A stretch of DNA of 64,000 bases, taken from assembly GCF_001194135.2 (NCBI RefSeq), contig NC_068991.1, positions 7,816,030-7,880,029 of the forward strand, read 5' to 3'. Each line of letters opens with the position of its first letter. Position 1 is the first letter of the stretch. The notes below the pieces were generated by a model. It was given only the letters and a program-made list of their open reading frames with translations, was not told the DNA's origin and ran no database searches. Shown here piece after piece: positions 12,820 through 25,500 of the stretch. This stretch comes from Octopus bimaculoides (Eukaryota). A program made the position numbers and the translations under genes.

Positions 12820-13033
12820 TTTTAGGAAGTTAAATGTTTGACTGGTCATAGACTGACCATTAATTTTACACCTATAAAGCGCTTAGTAGTATAGGGGACT
12901 CATCAGAATCAAACGGCTGAAGGTACATAATCTTGGCCATTTGAGTCTGACGAGTCGCCTATACAACTAAGTGCTTTATAGGTGTGAAACCAATGGTCAT
13001 TCTTTGACCAGCCAAACATTTAACTTCCTAAAA
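12820..13033. mobile_element. Hairpin/MITE-like element with ~100-bp inverted arms
   Basis: TTTTAGGAAGTTAAATGTTTG... and ...CAAACATTTAACTTCCTAAAA; arms meet at ~12924-12932. Confidence 0.8.
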
Positions 13034-13973
13034 AATGCATTTTAGGGTTTGCTTCATTTTCAGATATATGAACTACTGACAATATCATCATCATCATTTA
13101 ATATCCGTTGTCCGTGCTGGCATGGGTTGGACGGTTTGACTGGGCTGGCACACTGGAAGGCTGCAAAAGGCATGGAGCTAAGGTGTTGGACTTAGGATCA
13201 TAAAATTGTGGTTTCAGTTTCTGCATTGTGTTCTTGAACAAGACACATTTGATGCTGCTTAAGCATTTTATTTTATGTGCTTCATAGCTATAGGTATGTA
13301 ACAATATATATTTGAGATTTTAAGTCTGTATTTGAAACAATAAGCTGGTGTTGACATAATGGACATATTGTGTTAATGTTTCACTCTTGCTTCTTGTGTT
13401 GTCTATTAATTCCCACGAAGCGTTTAGTTTTTCATGCTGTTGACACTGTTGGATTGAATGGTACTGTCCAGATGTTGAAACTATGATAGTTTCTATTAGC
13501 CAGCTGAAGACCACAAGGATGGGAAACAAGCTTCTTATTCACACAACAATTCCTCAGTACTGAAAAATAATTTAAAAATTCAGCATTTCCAGTTGAGACA
13601 TTATATTGTAGCCTTGAGATTTTGATGTGATTGTTTATTTTTAGAATGACATTGTAGGGTAGGTGGGAGATGCCAGATCTGCCCGGGTTAATTGTTAAAG
13701 GGTTAAAGTGACATCTTTTGATGTGGAACTATGAGGCACTAAATTAGATAGAATAGAGATTATGGTCCACTCAGCAACATGGTTGTTCAGTCTGCTAAAA
13801 ATAACAGTCAAATCTGCTTCAACTCATATTCTGTTGTTTCAGAAACAAGTAGAACATCTTGGATAATGTAGTCTTAAGCACTCTTAATCTAAATAGAAAA
13901 TGGGATGGTCACATCTGGAATAATTTTGATCGTATGTCTGCTCAATCAGGGATGATTTAAAGCTAATCAATAA

Positions 13974-14191
13974 TAAACCCTTTAGCAAGGTTACGCTGTC
14001 AAATGAAACATTTATTCAAATTATTTTGAATTTATCCTGCATTATCTTGTATCGTTGAAATTTTAATGAAATTGTTTATTTCTAGAATGACATTGTAGGG
14101 TAGGTGTGAGAGGCTGGATCTGTCCTGTTTGAACATAAAACCAGTAGAATATTTGGGCTGGATATGGCTAGTTGAAATATCAAAAGGTTAA
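13974..14191. mobile_element. piggyBac-like MITE (partial sister copy at ~13570-13706)
   Basis: Shared body GAATGACATTGTAGGGTAGGTGTGAGAGG; ends AACCCTTTAGC / AAAAGGTTAA. Confidence 0.75.
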
Positions 14192-14794
14192 GCTGACAAA
14201 AAGCTATATAATTTGACCTGTTAAAAACAGCAGCCAAATATTCCTTAAATCACACTGTAATATTTTTTTTTTTTTAAAGATACATTAGATAATGTGGTCT
14301 TAGAGAAGGAAAGCAAAGTGCAGGCATGGCCAAATAGTTAAGAAATTTGCTTTGCAATTATGAGTTACTAGCTTTGATTCCACTTTGGAAAAGTATGTTG
14401 TACCATAGACTTGGTCAGCTAAAACACTGTGTGTAAGACTGGATAGAAAAACTGCACAGGTGGTCACTGGTTGGATTGTACTAGCCTTGTGAAATATTAG
14501 GTCATACTGGTTCTGCCTGAGGATTATATCAGCTTCTGACAGGTTCAATGAATTTAGTTTATGGAACTGGAATATTCATTTCTGAAAATGGCTTAAAAAA
14601 AAAAAAAAAAAAAAAAAATCGTAGCTGCTATAACTCCTGATCATAAGTCTGCTCAGTTACAGCTGATTTGAAATTAAATTTTGTTGATAAATTTCTGTTG
14701 AAATACACTGACTGCTTCTGCTTCAATTAATTTCGAAAATAATGAAGAATTTAATAAAACAACTTTGTCATCATTAAGCTGGTTGTTTGGAATA

Positions 14795-15285
14795 AAAATT
14801 AACATAAATATATTTTCATGGAAGGTTTATTTCCTCTTTTTTTTTTTCATTTAGATTGATTTAAATCATGAAATTCATGTTGTAGAATTAAAACTGGTTC
14901 CAAGTCAGGGACTGATATTAAAAGGGTTCCACAACAATATCATTAAGGGAATTTCTACTCAAAGGAGCAACGCTCTCAAAGTTGATACCATCTTGTGCCA
15001 GCACAATTAATTTTAAAACCAATGAAGGATTCAGTAAAATAACTTGTTTCGAATATGAATTAATATAAAAATTTTCATGGAAGGTTTTTTTCTTCTTCCC
15101 TTCCTTGTTTAGACTGCTTTAAATCATGAAATTCACATAGAATTAAGACTGGTTTCAAGGCAGGGGTTGGCAGCAAAAGGGCTCCACACCAATATCATCA
15201 GGGAATTTCTACTCAATGGAACAGCTAAAATCTCTCAAAGATGATACCATCTTAAATCTTGTGTCAGCATATCCTTCAATTAACT
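14795..15285. repeat. Diverged tandem duplication (~265-bp period)
   Basis: TTTTCATGGAAGGTTT...TTTAAATCATGAAATTCA...GGGAATTTCTACTCAA...GATACCATCTT occurs twice. Confidence 0.8.
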
Positions 15286-18200
15286 TGAGATGGCTATGGA
15301 TATAGAAATTCAATCAGATAAAGTTTGTATGAAGACGCATTAGCTAATTTACATCTGCTGCTTGAGTGCTGTGGACCAGAACCATCTCCACTCCCACCAC
15401 ATTAAATCTGCTATTTTGCTGTATATTCATAGGAATACTAAACAATGACAGCCAACACAAAATCTCTCCTGTTCACCAGGTTTCAGTGTTAAAACAAATG
15501 AACGACAAAACTTAATTTTCCTCTTGGTTTCAAATTTACTATCTACCTCATTAGCATTAAGTAAATAAAAGAATCTAAAATAAAAAATTTTTAAAACTAA
15601 TAGCCTAGTCTTTATTAATTAATTATATTTCTACATCATGAGTGTTGTGTCTTCCACTAAAGTGCCTTACTTGCTTCAATCTTTCTCTAATTTCAACACT
15701 AATAGCATTTCTTAAAAATAAGCAAATAAACTTCAGAGAAAGAGAGAAGTATCTTATATACCAAGTTGAAATTAGTCAGATATCAAACAAAAAACAAAAG
15801 TGTTTATCCATTGTGTGCCAAAACAAACATTAAATTAATGTCAATAATATTAAAAGAGCACAGGAGGATAGTCTTAATACTCTTGCTGTTAGTACCAGAT
15901 GACAGTTTAAAAAAAAGAAATTATATAGCCATCTATGTATCATACCTAATGTATATACACTGTTGATAGACCAGTTATGGTGGTATATGTTCTGAGGTAA
16001 CATCCCTTATGGACATTCCATGTTAAAAAAAAAACATAGTAAACATCAGAGATGAAAAATTGCTTCAATAGCAGCCAGAAAGAACACCAGACACATTTAA
16101 GCTTGTTTGGGACTTTTCAATGGTGCCCCAAAATGCTGGAATGCATTTAGTGCTCTTGCTGGCCACTGCTGAGATGACTTTTTGTCTCTCTTTGATACTT
16201 ACTGTGTTTTTAACACGCAAGTCCACAGGAGATAGTATCTCACAACAAATACAGAAGTAACAGGCCTATCGACTATGTATATACATTAAGTGTGACACAT
16301 GGATGGTTATTTTAATTAAATACAGCTTCAGTTACGTATACTGATATTTTAAATGTTAGCATAAGTTATATAATAATTATTAATAATTTGTCATTTTCAA
16401 AAAGGTTTCTTACATTTTTTAGTGATTCTTATTCTTCAACTGAACAAAGAAGTCTGCAACAAACAGCTCAGGATTTTGACTTTTATTTGAATAATGAGAA
16501 ATAGGTTAAACAATTTTTGAAAATTATAATGATTGGGACGACAGAGGAAACTGTTATTTGTAAAGCTTACGATTTCCCCGAGCAAAATCATTTCAAATGA
16601 AATGTAATAGTACCGAAGATTTCATTTGTGTCACCAGTCCACCATTTTCTCATTTATAATGGTTACTTTATACTTTAAGCAGTCTCAATAATAATAAAAA
16701 TTCTTGTGGACATTTTTCATCTGAAAGATATTTTTAAGTATGAGTAGAAACATTATGAAGTCACCGTTAGATTTTTTTTTTTTCGTCTTTTTCCATCTTA
16801 CACTCATTATCCCCATGCTAGCAAGAGTGGAAGGCTTTCTTTTTTTTCTTTTCCTTTTTTTTAAAATTACAAATTTAGACATTAAACAAAATATTGAAAC
16901 AAAGATTGTTTTAATAACTAGATGCCCTATACTCAACTACCAACCACTGAACTATGAGGTAACAGTAGAAGCTCAGATAACCTACAGGTTTGCAACACAA
17001 TATCTATAGTTAGTGTCTAGACCATGAACTTTCATGTAATATCTCCCTGCTTTAATCTCAGAGCCATTATAATCGTTGGGATTAAAATTTGGCAAGTTAT
17101 GTAATTTGCTAATTTATTTTCTAAGCTTTTTCTTGCTTGAGAAAATGTTCCATAGAAACATTTTGAGAAAACGTTCCAGAAAAACATTGAGTTAAAGCTA
17201 GATATTGCTATATTAGATAATTATAAACCAAGAAAAGGCAAAAAAAATAATAAGAAATAAATTTAATAATTTCAATGTCGCATAATTTGTTAACAAGTAT
17301 GTAATGTTTGCATTATATATAATTCATATTCATATAAATTAAATATAAGCGTTTTATAAAATCATCTAATTTTTTTCAATTTTTTCATTAAATTTTGAAA
17401 AGAATTGTTAATTCTATAAGCAAATTTAGCCATATAAATTTGGTCTATTTCTACCCTATTTTTTCTTTCTCCCTTATGTTTATTTGTTCAATTTTCCAAT
17501 ATCAAAATAAGGAATACTCACTAAAATGCTTTTTTTTTTCTGAAAGAAAGAGTTTACAAAACTATAAACTGTATGAGTGAACAGCTTGCCATCAGTGATA
17601 ACAAAAGACTTAAGTAAAATATTTAGAATATTAGCAACACGATTTAACAGAAGACAGACAAACAATAGATGTTTAATTTCTAAATATTTCATCACTTCAA
17701 AAGCATAAACTTAAACACTTTGATCAAAAAAAAAAAATGATTAAGATAAATAAATGAATAAATAAATAAAATGTGTTATTTGGTTTAAAAACTAAAATGT
17801 TAGTCAACATGGTGTGAAATTTCGGTAAGATATTTCAAAAGTTAAGGCATTTTAAGAGAATTTATAAACAGAAAACAGGATGCTTAATGATGGATGGAGT
17901 TTGAAGTATGGAATGTGAAGCTGATGGAAGTGATTTGGTTCAAAGCAAAAGAATTGTGGCATTGTGAATGAATCCTAAAGGATTGCCCCAATGTACATAA
18001 GTTACTAAAAAGTTACAGTTGATAAAACAATCAACTTTATTAGAATAAAATTATTTCTAGTTTAGTAAATGGTTAAGAATTATTGCTAGGTTATTAGGTA
18101 ATAAATTCATTGGGTTCCTAACAACAACTTGAATGTACCAAAGTTACTGCTGACAAAGTTCACATCTCCGAAATAGTTTATTTTCTGAAAACTGTAACGA

Positions 18201-18492
18201 ATGTCAATGTCATTAATTAACTGTAATTATTTATATATATAAAAAAAAATAATAATCCAATAAATCCATAACATGTGTCTGTAGAAAGAGAAGCATATGA
18301 AGTATAGAAAATTTCTATATAGCTGTCTGCTGAACAGAATAATTTGTAAAAAGGTTTCACATATATCTAACATATTTCAGGTACACATACACACACAGTA
18401 AAAGAATTCTTGAGGTAAAAATTCATATTTTATTTCGTTTATCAGCTGGTAAAAAAAAAAAAAAAAAAAAAAAAAAGATGTATATACAAAAC

Positions 18493-18903
18493 TTAATGAC
18501 TGTGGGTCATCAAAGTATCGGGTGCATGTGTTGAGGGTGAAGAGGGTTCCGAAGCGGATTGGTGAAGTCGGCCGTCGAAAGACTGCCGAGATTGGTTCAG
18601 CAAGACAGTCTTTAGTCTTTGCTTGATGTCTTCTGTCGAGGGTGATGGTTTGATGGTCAGACTGTTGGAGTGCATCAGACTACGGGGTATGGCTGCCAAT
18701 TTCACTGTACAAGGTTTGATGAGTTTGCGAGGGTCCAGCCCAGACATATCTGCTCCTGTAGGGTCCCCTCCCAATGGTGGCCCAGCCATGCCCAACATGG
18801 CAGGCGTAGACAATGTTCTGGACAGGGGTCCACTGTTTGAAATGGCTATCAGATCCCTGCTTCCGCCTGTCAGATCTATTGGTTCCACAGAAGACATTTT
18901 AGC
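18493..18903 (-). CDS. CABIN1: Cabin1 terminal coding exon ([12 protein letters not shown]...[16 protein letters not shown]...THSH*)
   Basis: tttctgcag acceptor, TAA at 18493-18495; [14 protein letters not shown] resembles the human MEF2-binding helix SEETKQKLKSAIL. Confidence 0.86.
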   Translation of the reverse strand, partial: AKMSSVEPIDLTGGSRDLIAISNSGPLSRTLSTPAMLGMAGPPLGGDPTGADMSGLDPRKLIKPCTVKLAAIPRSLMHSNSLTIKPSPSTEDIKQRLKTVLLNQSRQSFDGRLHQSASEPSSPSTHAPDTLMTHSH

Positions 18904-19891
18904 CTGCAGAAATAACGAGGAGCTGGGTTAGACTTGACTTAAAATCCAAGTCACCAGTTGAGCCAGTAAGGGACTAGCTTTGCTCACTGACAATGCTTGG
19001 GTAGAGACAAGTCAGTATCTACTTTGTACACAAACATACACACTCGCATTTATAGAAAATAGTTAAGTTACACTTACTTAGATACTTAGGTACAAAAAAT
19101 ACATTTTAGTTAATGTAAAAAAAAAATAAAATAAAGAACATGGAAACAAAAATAATCAATTCTTAAAAGACCCCTTAAAATTTTAAAGAAAATGTTTATA
19201 TATATAAAAATGATAAAAAAATTTTTTTTTACTAGGTTTTAAGTAAATGAACATTGATGACATATATAAAATTATTAATATACATTAAGGAAAACTTTAT
19301 ATGTCCAAAACAAACGTCTATTAAATAACTCAGTAGAAACGAATATAATTGAAGTAATTAAATGAGATGTCAAAGCACTAAACTAAGCCAAATGGTTCTG
19401 AATTAAAAGCATGTTTCTGTGATTTGGAAAAGAGAGAAAATTAATTAACGACAATGAGTGAAGATTAATTAACAAATGAAATGTAAAATGTAAATTGGGG
19501 TTTATCTTTTCATAATTGCCAACATATTCTAAATAAGTTAATTTTAATTTTTTATAAAATAACAAATTAAAAATCTAATTAATAAAGAATTAAGGAATGA
19601 GATGATGCTAAAAGCACAACAGAAGAAATGACAATTGTAAGAGTAAAAAAAATGAGAAAAGAATTATAAAGAACTATATGTATGTGTGTGTGTGTGTGTG
19701 TGTGTAGAAAAGAAGGAGAGAGAAAAATATACCAAGATGGAGAAAGAGAAGGAAAAAAAGAAGAGATATACATATATCAAAAGGTTTATACATTCAAACA
19801 CACACATACACACATATATATAAAATGTGTATGCATGTTTATAGACTTATCTTCCAAGATGCACTATGCCATCCTTAGGTAAGCTATTTTG

Positions 19892-19926
<35 letters not shown>

Positions 19927-22482
19927 AAAGACAGTTGCTTGTTCAACTTCATATGCGCTGCACAGAGAACAACCAGCTAGTCTACCCAAATGTACACACA
20001 TACATGTACTTATCATATTTCTAGTTTTCCATGCATGCTTCAGTCTTCTGATTTTTACAAAGTCGTACGTTTGTATACTATAGGTAACAAGTATTTTATG
20101 AGCTTGAAGTGCTGAGAGATCAAATCTTTTCTTTGGGTAGAACTTGCTATAGACATCCATTTCTATACACAGAGATGTCTCCCTCAAAGTTGTTTAATGT
20201 GCAAGCTGGGCTAATCCCTAACACATTCTCACTACATATCATTCCTTGCAGACTGATTTATTCTCAGAAAGATCTTATTTCAAACAAGTCTTGATCAGTA
20301 ACCATCCCAAATACTCTAGATTCCCTAATTTATCACTCCTTAATATCTCATACATTTCCTCTATCTTACATGTTGATTTAATCCTGTAAAATGAACAAAT
20401 TTTTGTTAGGGGTTGATTTTGCAGGAGATCTAGTAAAGTGGGTTCACATAGACATAAGCCGTAAGCATAACTCAAGAAAAAATATTCAAGACAAAACTAA
20501 TTAATTCAGATGCCTTATTTAAGCTGTTTATAACACGAAACTAAAATGATACTTTATAATATAGATTTTATTGATGGTTATTCTTTGTTTAATTGTAAAA
20601 CTGCTAACTTAATCACTGATTTATAATTTGAGGGGAGGGGGTTCTTTTCACACTTGATTTAGTTAGATTTATGAAATAATTTTATATTTGCATGAATGTT
20701 GATTATAAAGTAAAAAAAAAGAAAATGAAATATAAATAAAAACAAACTATGTATGTCTAAAGTTAAAAAAAAGAAATTCAACAAATTTGTTTATAAAAAA
20801 AAAAACAAGAAAAAAAAATCTTTTATCAATGAAAACCATAGAGAAGGAAAGATGTCAGTTTGACTGGTTTTCAAAATATTTATTGGAATGGAATTACAGT
20901 CAAAGAACAGGGAAGAGATTCATGAAAACATACTATAACAAGTTGTATCAGTAGAGGATAATGTTTAAAATTACGAAGTCTATAAAAACAAGGAAATAAA
21001 AATATAATCAGCACGGCCGGTAGTCATTGCATATTTTTCTGTAATGTCATCTAACAACTGAGAACTGAGCCATTTACAATCCTTCAAATATTGTTTAAAC
21101 CCATTTTAGCTAGTGCATGAATTGCTTTCACTTCACTCTCTGCTGTTTATGATGAGAATGGTTTAACCCGTTTAGGATTCAGATTATTTTGTCAAAATGT
21201 AATGCGTATTCATTCGCAGTGTTTTGAATTAATCATGGATTATCTTGTAGCTTTGAGATTGATTTTAATGCTGTGATTGTTTGATTTTTAAAATGACACG
21301 GTAGGGTAGGTGTGAGAGGCCCAATTTGGCTGGTTTAAATGCTAAAGGGTTAAACAGAAGTGCAGAGTGGACAACATCAACAAAACATACATTAGACAAG
21401 ATTTGAACTGATGTAAATGGGTGGAAGTTTGTTTTGCAGTGGTTACAGAGAAATAAGCAATATCTACAGGCAGTGCAGAAAGAGAGAAAAAGAGAGAGAG
21501 AGAGAGAGAGAGAGAGTAAAACGGAAATAATAAAAAAAATAATTTAAAATGATAGGAGCAAAAGTTAGCTTAAAACGTTTGTCTAAATCAACCCTAATAT
21601 ATGACATTTGGTGGAAGAATAAATATACACAGAATCAACAGAGAATTTCAGAATTTCAACAAAATTTTGAAAATCAAAGTTGAATTAGAGTGGAGACCAG
21701 AAATAGTAGTAGTAGTAGTAGTAGTAGGTATAAGATTGCGGTTGGTTTAATGCTACAATATTTGCAAATATGTACAGAGAAAGATTAAAATTAAGAGAGT
21801 TATGGCAATACACAAACATATTCCCACACATCCATACACACACAATGACAGACACCCATCTGCAAATACATGCAGTGTGCAAGTGTATGCACACACACAC
21901 ACACACACAAAGATAGATAAGAATGAAAAATACGAGAGAGAAGCTGCAGCAAATATATTTTATTTCACCGAGAGATAAAAAAATATCAAATTTCTTTTTA
22001 TTTTTTGTTAATGAATTTTCTCGTTTTGAGAAATATGAAAATGAAGGGACTAGGACTAAGCAGATTCTAGGGAAACCCCCCCTTAACAAAAATAAGTATC
22101 CAAATATCAACAACGAAAGAAACGGTGCACTATGATGGTGGTGTTTGAACTCCGAATGTAGAAAGATGAAGTTAAAATCACAACTGACAACTAAACTAGT
22201 TTTATCAAATCTAAAACCAGCAAACACAGCTTTTTGGTAATCATTCAAAATGAAAAGCATTTTACTTGTAGGGTTTTTGTTAAGAACTGATTTTATTTGT
22301 GAACTGAAGTTACTTTTAGGGTTTTATTTATTTTTTTTTTTTTAGAAAAAGAAAGACAGACATGTAGAGTAATCCATACATCTTACATTGAAAGCATGAA
22401 AGACAAAAGGTAGTTAACATTCAGGCACTTTAAACAAAACTGCTTAAGAAATAAAACTTAATGACAGTCGTGAGGGAGGAGA

Positions 22483-22516
<34 letters not shown>

Positions 22517-25500
22517 GAAGGTGAGTCAAAAAGTAATGCCATTTTGTTTAGGACAGGTATAATTACCAACACAGGAACATGTCTCATACATCAAAATGAA
22601 GCTGGTCCTCTGTGAATCATATCCCTACTTTTCAAGTTAGTCATCGTTTCTCTCAATAGCAGTGTTCCACCTTCGAATGAGAGCATGTATCCCTGTCCTG
22701 TAAAATTCTATTGACTGTTCTTTGAGCCACTTCTTCACTACAGTTTTCACTTCCTCGTCACTGGAATAAAGTTTGCCTCTCAAACCCTCTTTCGTGGCGC
22801 CGACGAGATGATAGTCTGAAGGCGCTAAATCTGGTGAGTGTGGAGGTAGCGAAGAAGTGGCTCAAAGAACAGTCAACAGAATTTTACGGGGCAGGGATAC
22901 ATGCTCTCATTCGAAGGTGAAACATTGCTATTGAGAGAAATGGTGACTATGTTGAGAAGTAGGGATGTGATCCACAGAGGACCAGCTTCATTTTGATGTA
23001 TGATACATGTTCCTGTATTGGTAATTATACCTGTCCTAAACAAAATGGCATTACTTTTTGACTCACCCTCGTATATATAATTATATATATATNNNNNNNN
23101 NNNNNNNNNNNNNNNNNNNNNNNNNNNNNNNNNNNNNNNNNNNNNNNNNNNNNNNNNNNNNNNNNNNNNNNNNNNNNNNNNNNNNNNNNNNNNNNNNNNN
23201 NNNNNNNNNNNNNNNNNNNNNNNNNNNNNNNNNNNNNNNNNNNNNNNNNNNNNNNNNNNNNNNNNNNNNNNNNNNNNNNNNNNNNNNNNNNNNNNNNNNN
23301 NNNNNNNNNNNNNNNNNNNNNNNNNNNNNNNNNNNNNNNNNNNNNNNNNNNNNNNNNNNNNNNNNNNNNNNNNNNNNNNNNNNNNNNNNNNNNNNNNNNN
23401 NNNNNNNNNNNNNNNNNNNNNNNNNNNNNNNNNNNNNNNNNNNNNNNNNNNNNNNNNNNNNNNNNNNNNNNNNNNNNNNNNNNNNNNNNNNNNNNNNNNN
23501 NNNNNNNNNNNNNNNNNNNNNNNNNNNNNNNNNNNNNNNNNNNNNNNNNNNNNNNNNNNNNNNNNNNNNNNNNNNNNNNNNNNNNNNNNNNNNNNNNNNG
23601 TAATATGATAACAGGAACGGAAACATTAACAACAAGAACAATGAGAGAATCACTGCTGGTGAGAAAAGAAATCTGAAGTTGTTGAAGTTATATAATGGAC
23701 AGTAAATTAACAGACCAAAACAATGGGGGTGGGGGACAAACCATAGAGGAAGTCCAATTCATACAGGAGAGAAACAATAAGTTTGAATTATAAATTTGAT
23801 TTAACAGTCTGAGATTTACAAATTAACAGAAAATAGATATTTCTTTTTTCTTTCAGATAAAATTTTAAACATTTCACAAGAAAACAAAATCACTAATCAT
23901 ATATATATATATATATATATATATGGGGAGAGAGGGAGAGAGAGAAAGAAAAAGAAAGGATTGGAAAGGCCTGATTAATATAGTCAAAAAACAATTATAT
24001 AATATATAATGTGTTTTAGTATCAACAAATTTGGTATAAACGATAGGTAACATAATGTAAGTATTCTTTCTCATTATTGGACAGAGTTGTACAGAGTATG
24101 TAACATAAAGCTATGTGGTGGGAGAAAGTATTATCAGCCGTAAAGAGGGAGGCTGTTTCATAGTGTTGTTTATTAGAACAATTAACAGTGAAAGTCCCCC
24201 ACTATAGGGATCAAATTGAAAATGTATAGTATTCACTGAAACTTACTAATTTTTAAGTCTAGTATCCCTAAAATTAATGAAATCAAACCAGATACAAAGT
24301 TTCTGAGAAACAAGAAAAGGAAGGACTGAATTTTATGTGTACGTTATGAAAATATATAAAATGCTCTGTTCCAGTATAGCCACAGTTAAGGTTTAAAAAC
24401 CACTGGCTAAGAGAAAGAAACAAAAATCTAAGCAATCTTAGTTCTGATAAACTTGAATCACTTCAATACAATTTCCAGACAAGGTTTTATTGGACTGAAA
24501 AATTAAAATTTCGAATTTAATTTTTGATTCACTTCAATGAATAAATCTCAAGTCTTTAAAACCTGCCAGAAATATCAATAAAGTTCTAAGTTTATAGAAC
24601 TAATATAAATTTATCTGGTAGAGAATGATAATTTAGATACATTTTAATTCTTTAGCTGTCAAATTTAATCATTTATTTTCTCTTCAAACCAGTTTTAACC
24701 CTTTGCTTGTCCAAAGCATTTTCATAAGCTTCTTCTAAATGTCCATGCTCGTTTTCAGAGTTTTGATTAGCCCTTAATTCATATATTCTGAGTAATATAA
24801 AGTTTTCCTTTCATAAGCCCCAAGTTATTCTGGTGATTGAATAAAAATAACTGGGAATGCGTATCATATCTGATGCACGGATGCCAGGAGAATATGTGTT
24901 GTGACACACAGACAGGCAAAGGGTTTAGATAACATTAAAGACGTGTGTGTGGTGGTATAAAGTCCTCACTAAATCCCTCAGGTTGTTGAATTTTATCTAT
25001 TCATCATTTTAGCATTAAAAAAAAAATAATAAAGAAATGAATACATCAACGTAAGTAGTGTAATAGTATTATGAATGTTGAAGGGGTCAAATTAACATTA
25101 TCTAAACTTTTTCTTTTTTCATTGTGTTTAAAACAATAAGAAAATTTGTCCAAAAATAAAGTTTTGTTTCTGTGATGCTAGAAATGTCAAATGTGCATCA
25201 GGAAGATTGCGGAAATAGTTTTAAAAGGAACTGAACAATTATTGAAGTTTAATATACTTGGTATATTTGTATAAGATGTAGTTCTATACATATCACAGTA
25301 GGTGTAGTGTTGGGGAAATGGAGTGAGGGTGGGGGTTGGTATGTAAAAAATTTCAACAAATAAAATTTGAGAAGGGAGAGAGGTGGAGGGAAAGATGGAG
25401 GTGGAAGGAAAGAGAGAGAGAGAAATGGAGAAAAAGAGAGGTGGAAGGAAAGAGAGAGAGGTGGGGGGAAAAGAGAGAGGCGGAAGGAAAGAGATAAATG

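Noticed and set aside
374-18400. A second protein-coding gene in the left part of the window
   Set aside because: Short ORFs are low complexity or repeat-derived; I found no chain of phase-compatible exons or recognisable domain. Small or non-coding exons cannot be excluded.
18623-18931. 102-aa plus-strand ORF
   Set aside because: Antisense shadow of the Cabin1 terminal exon.
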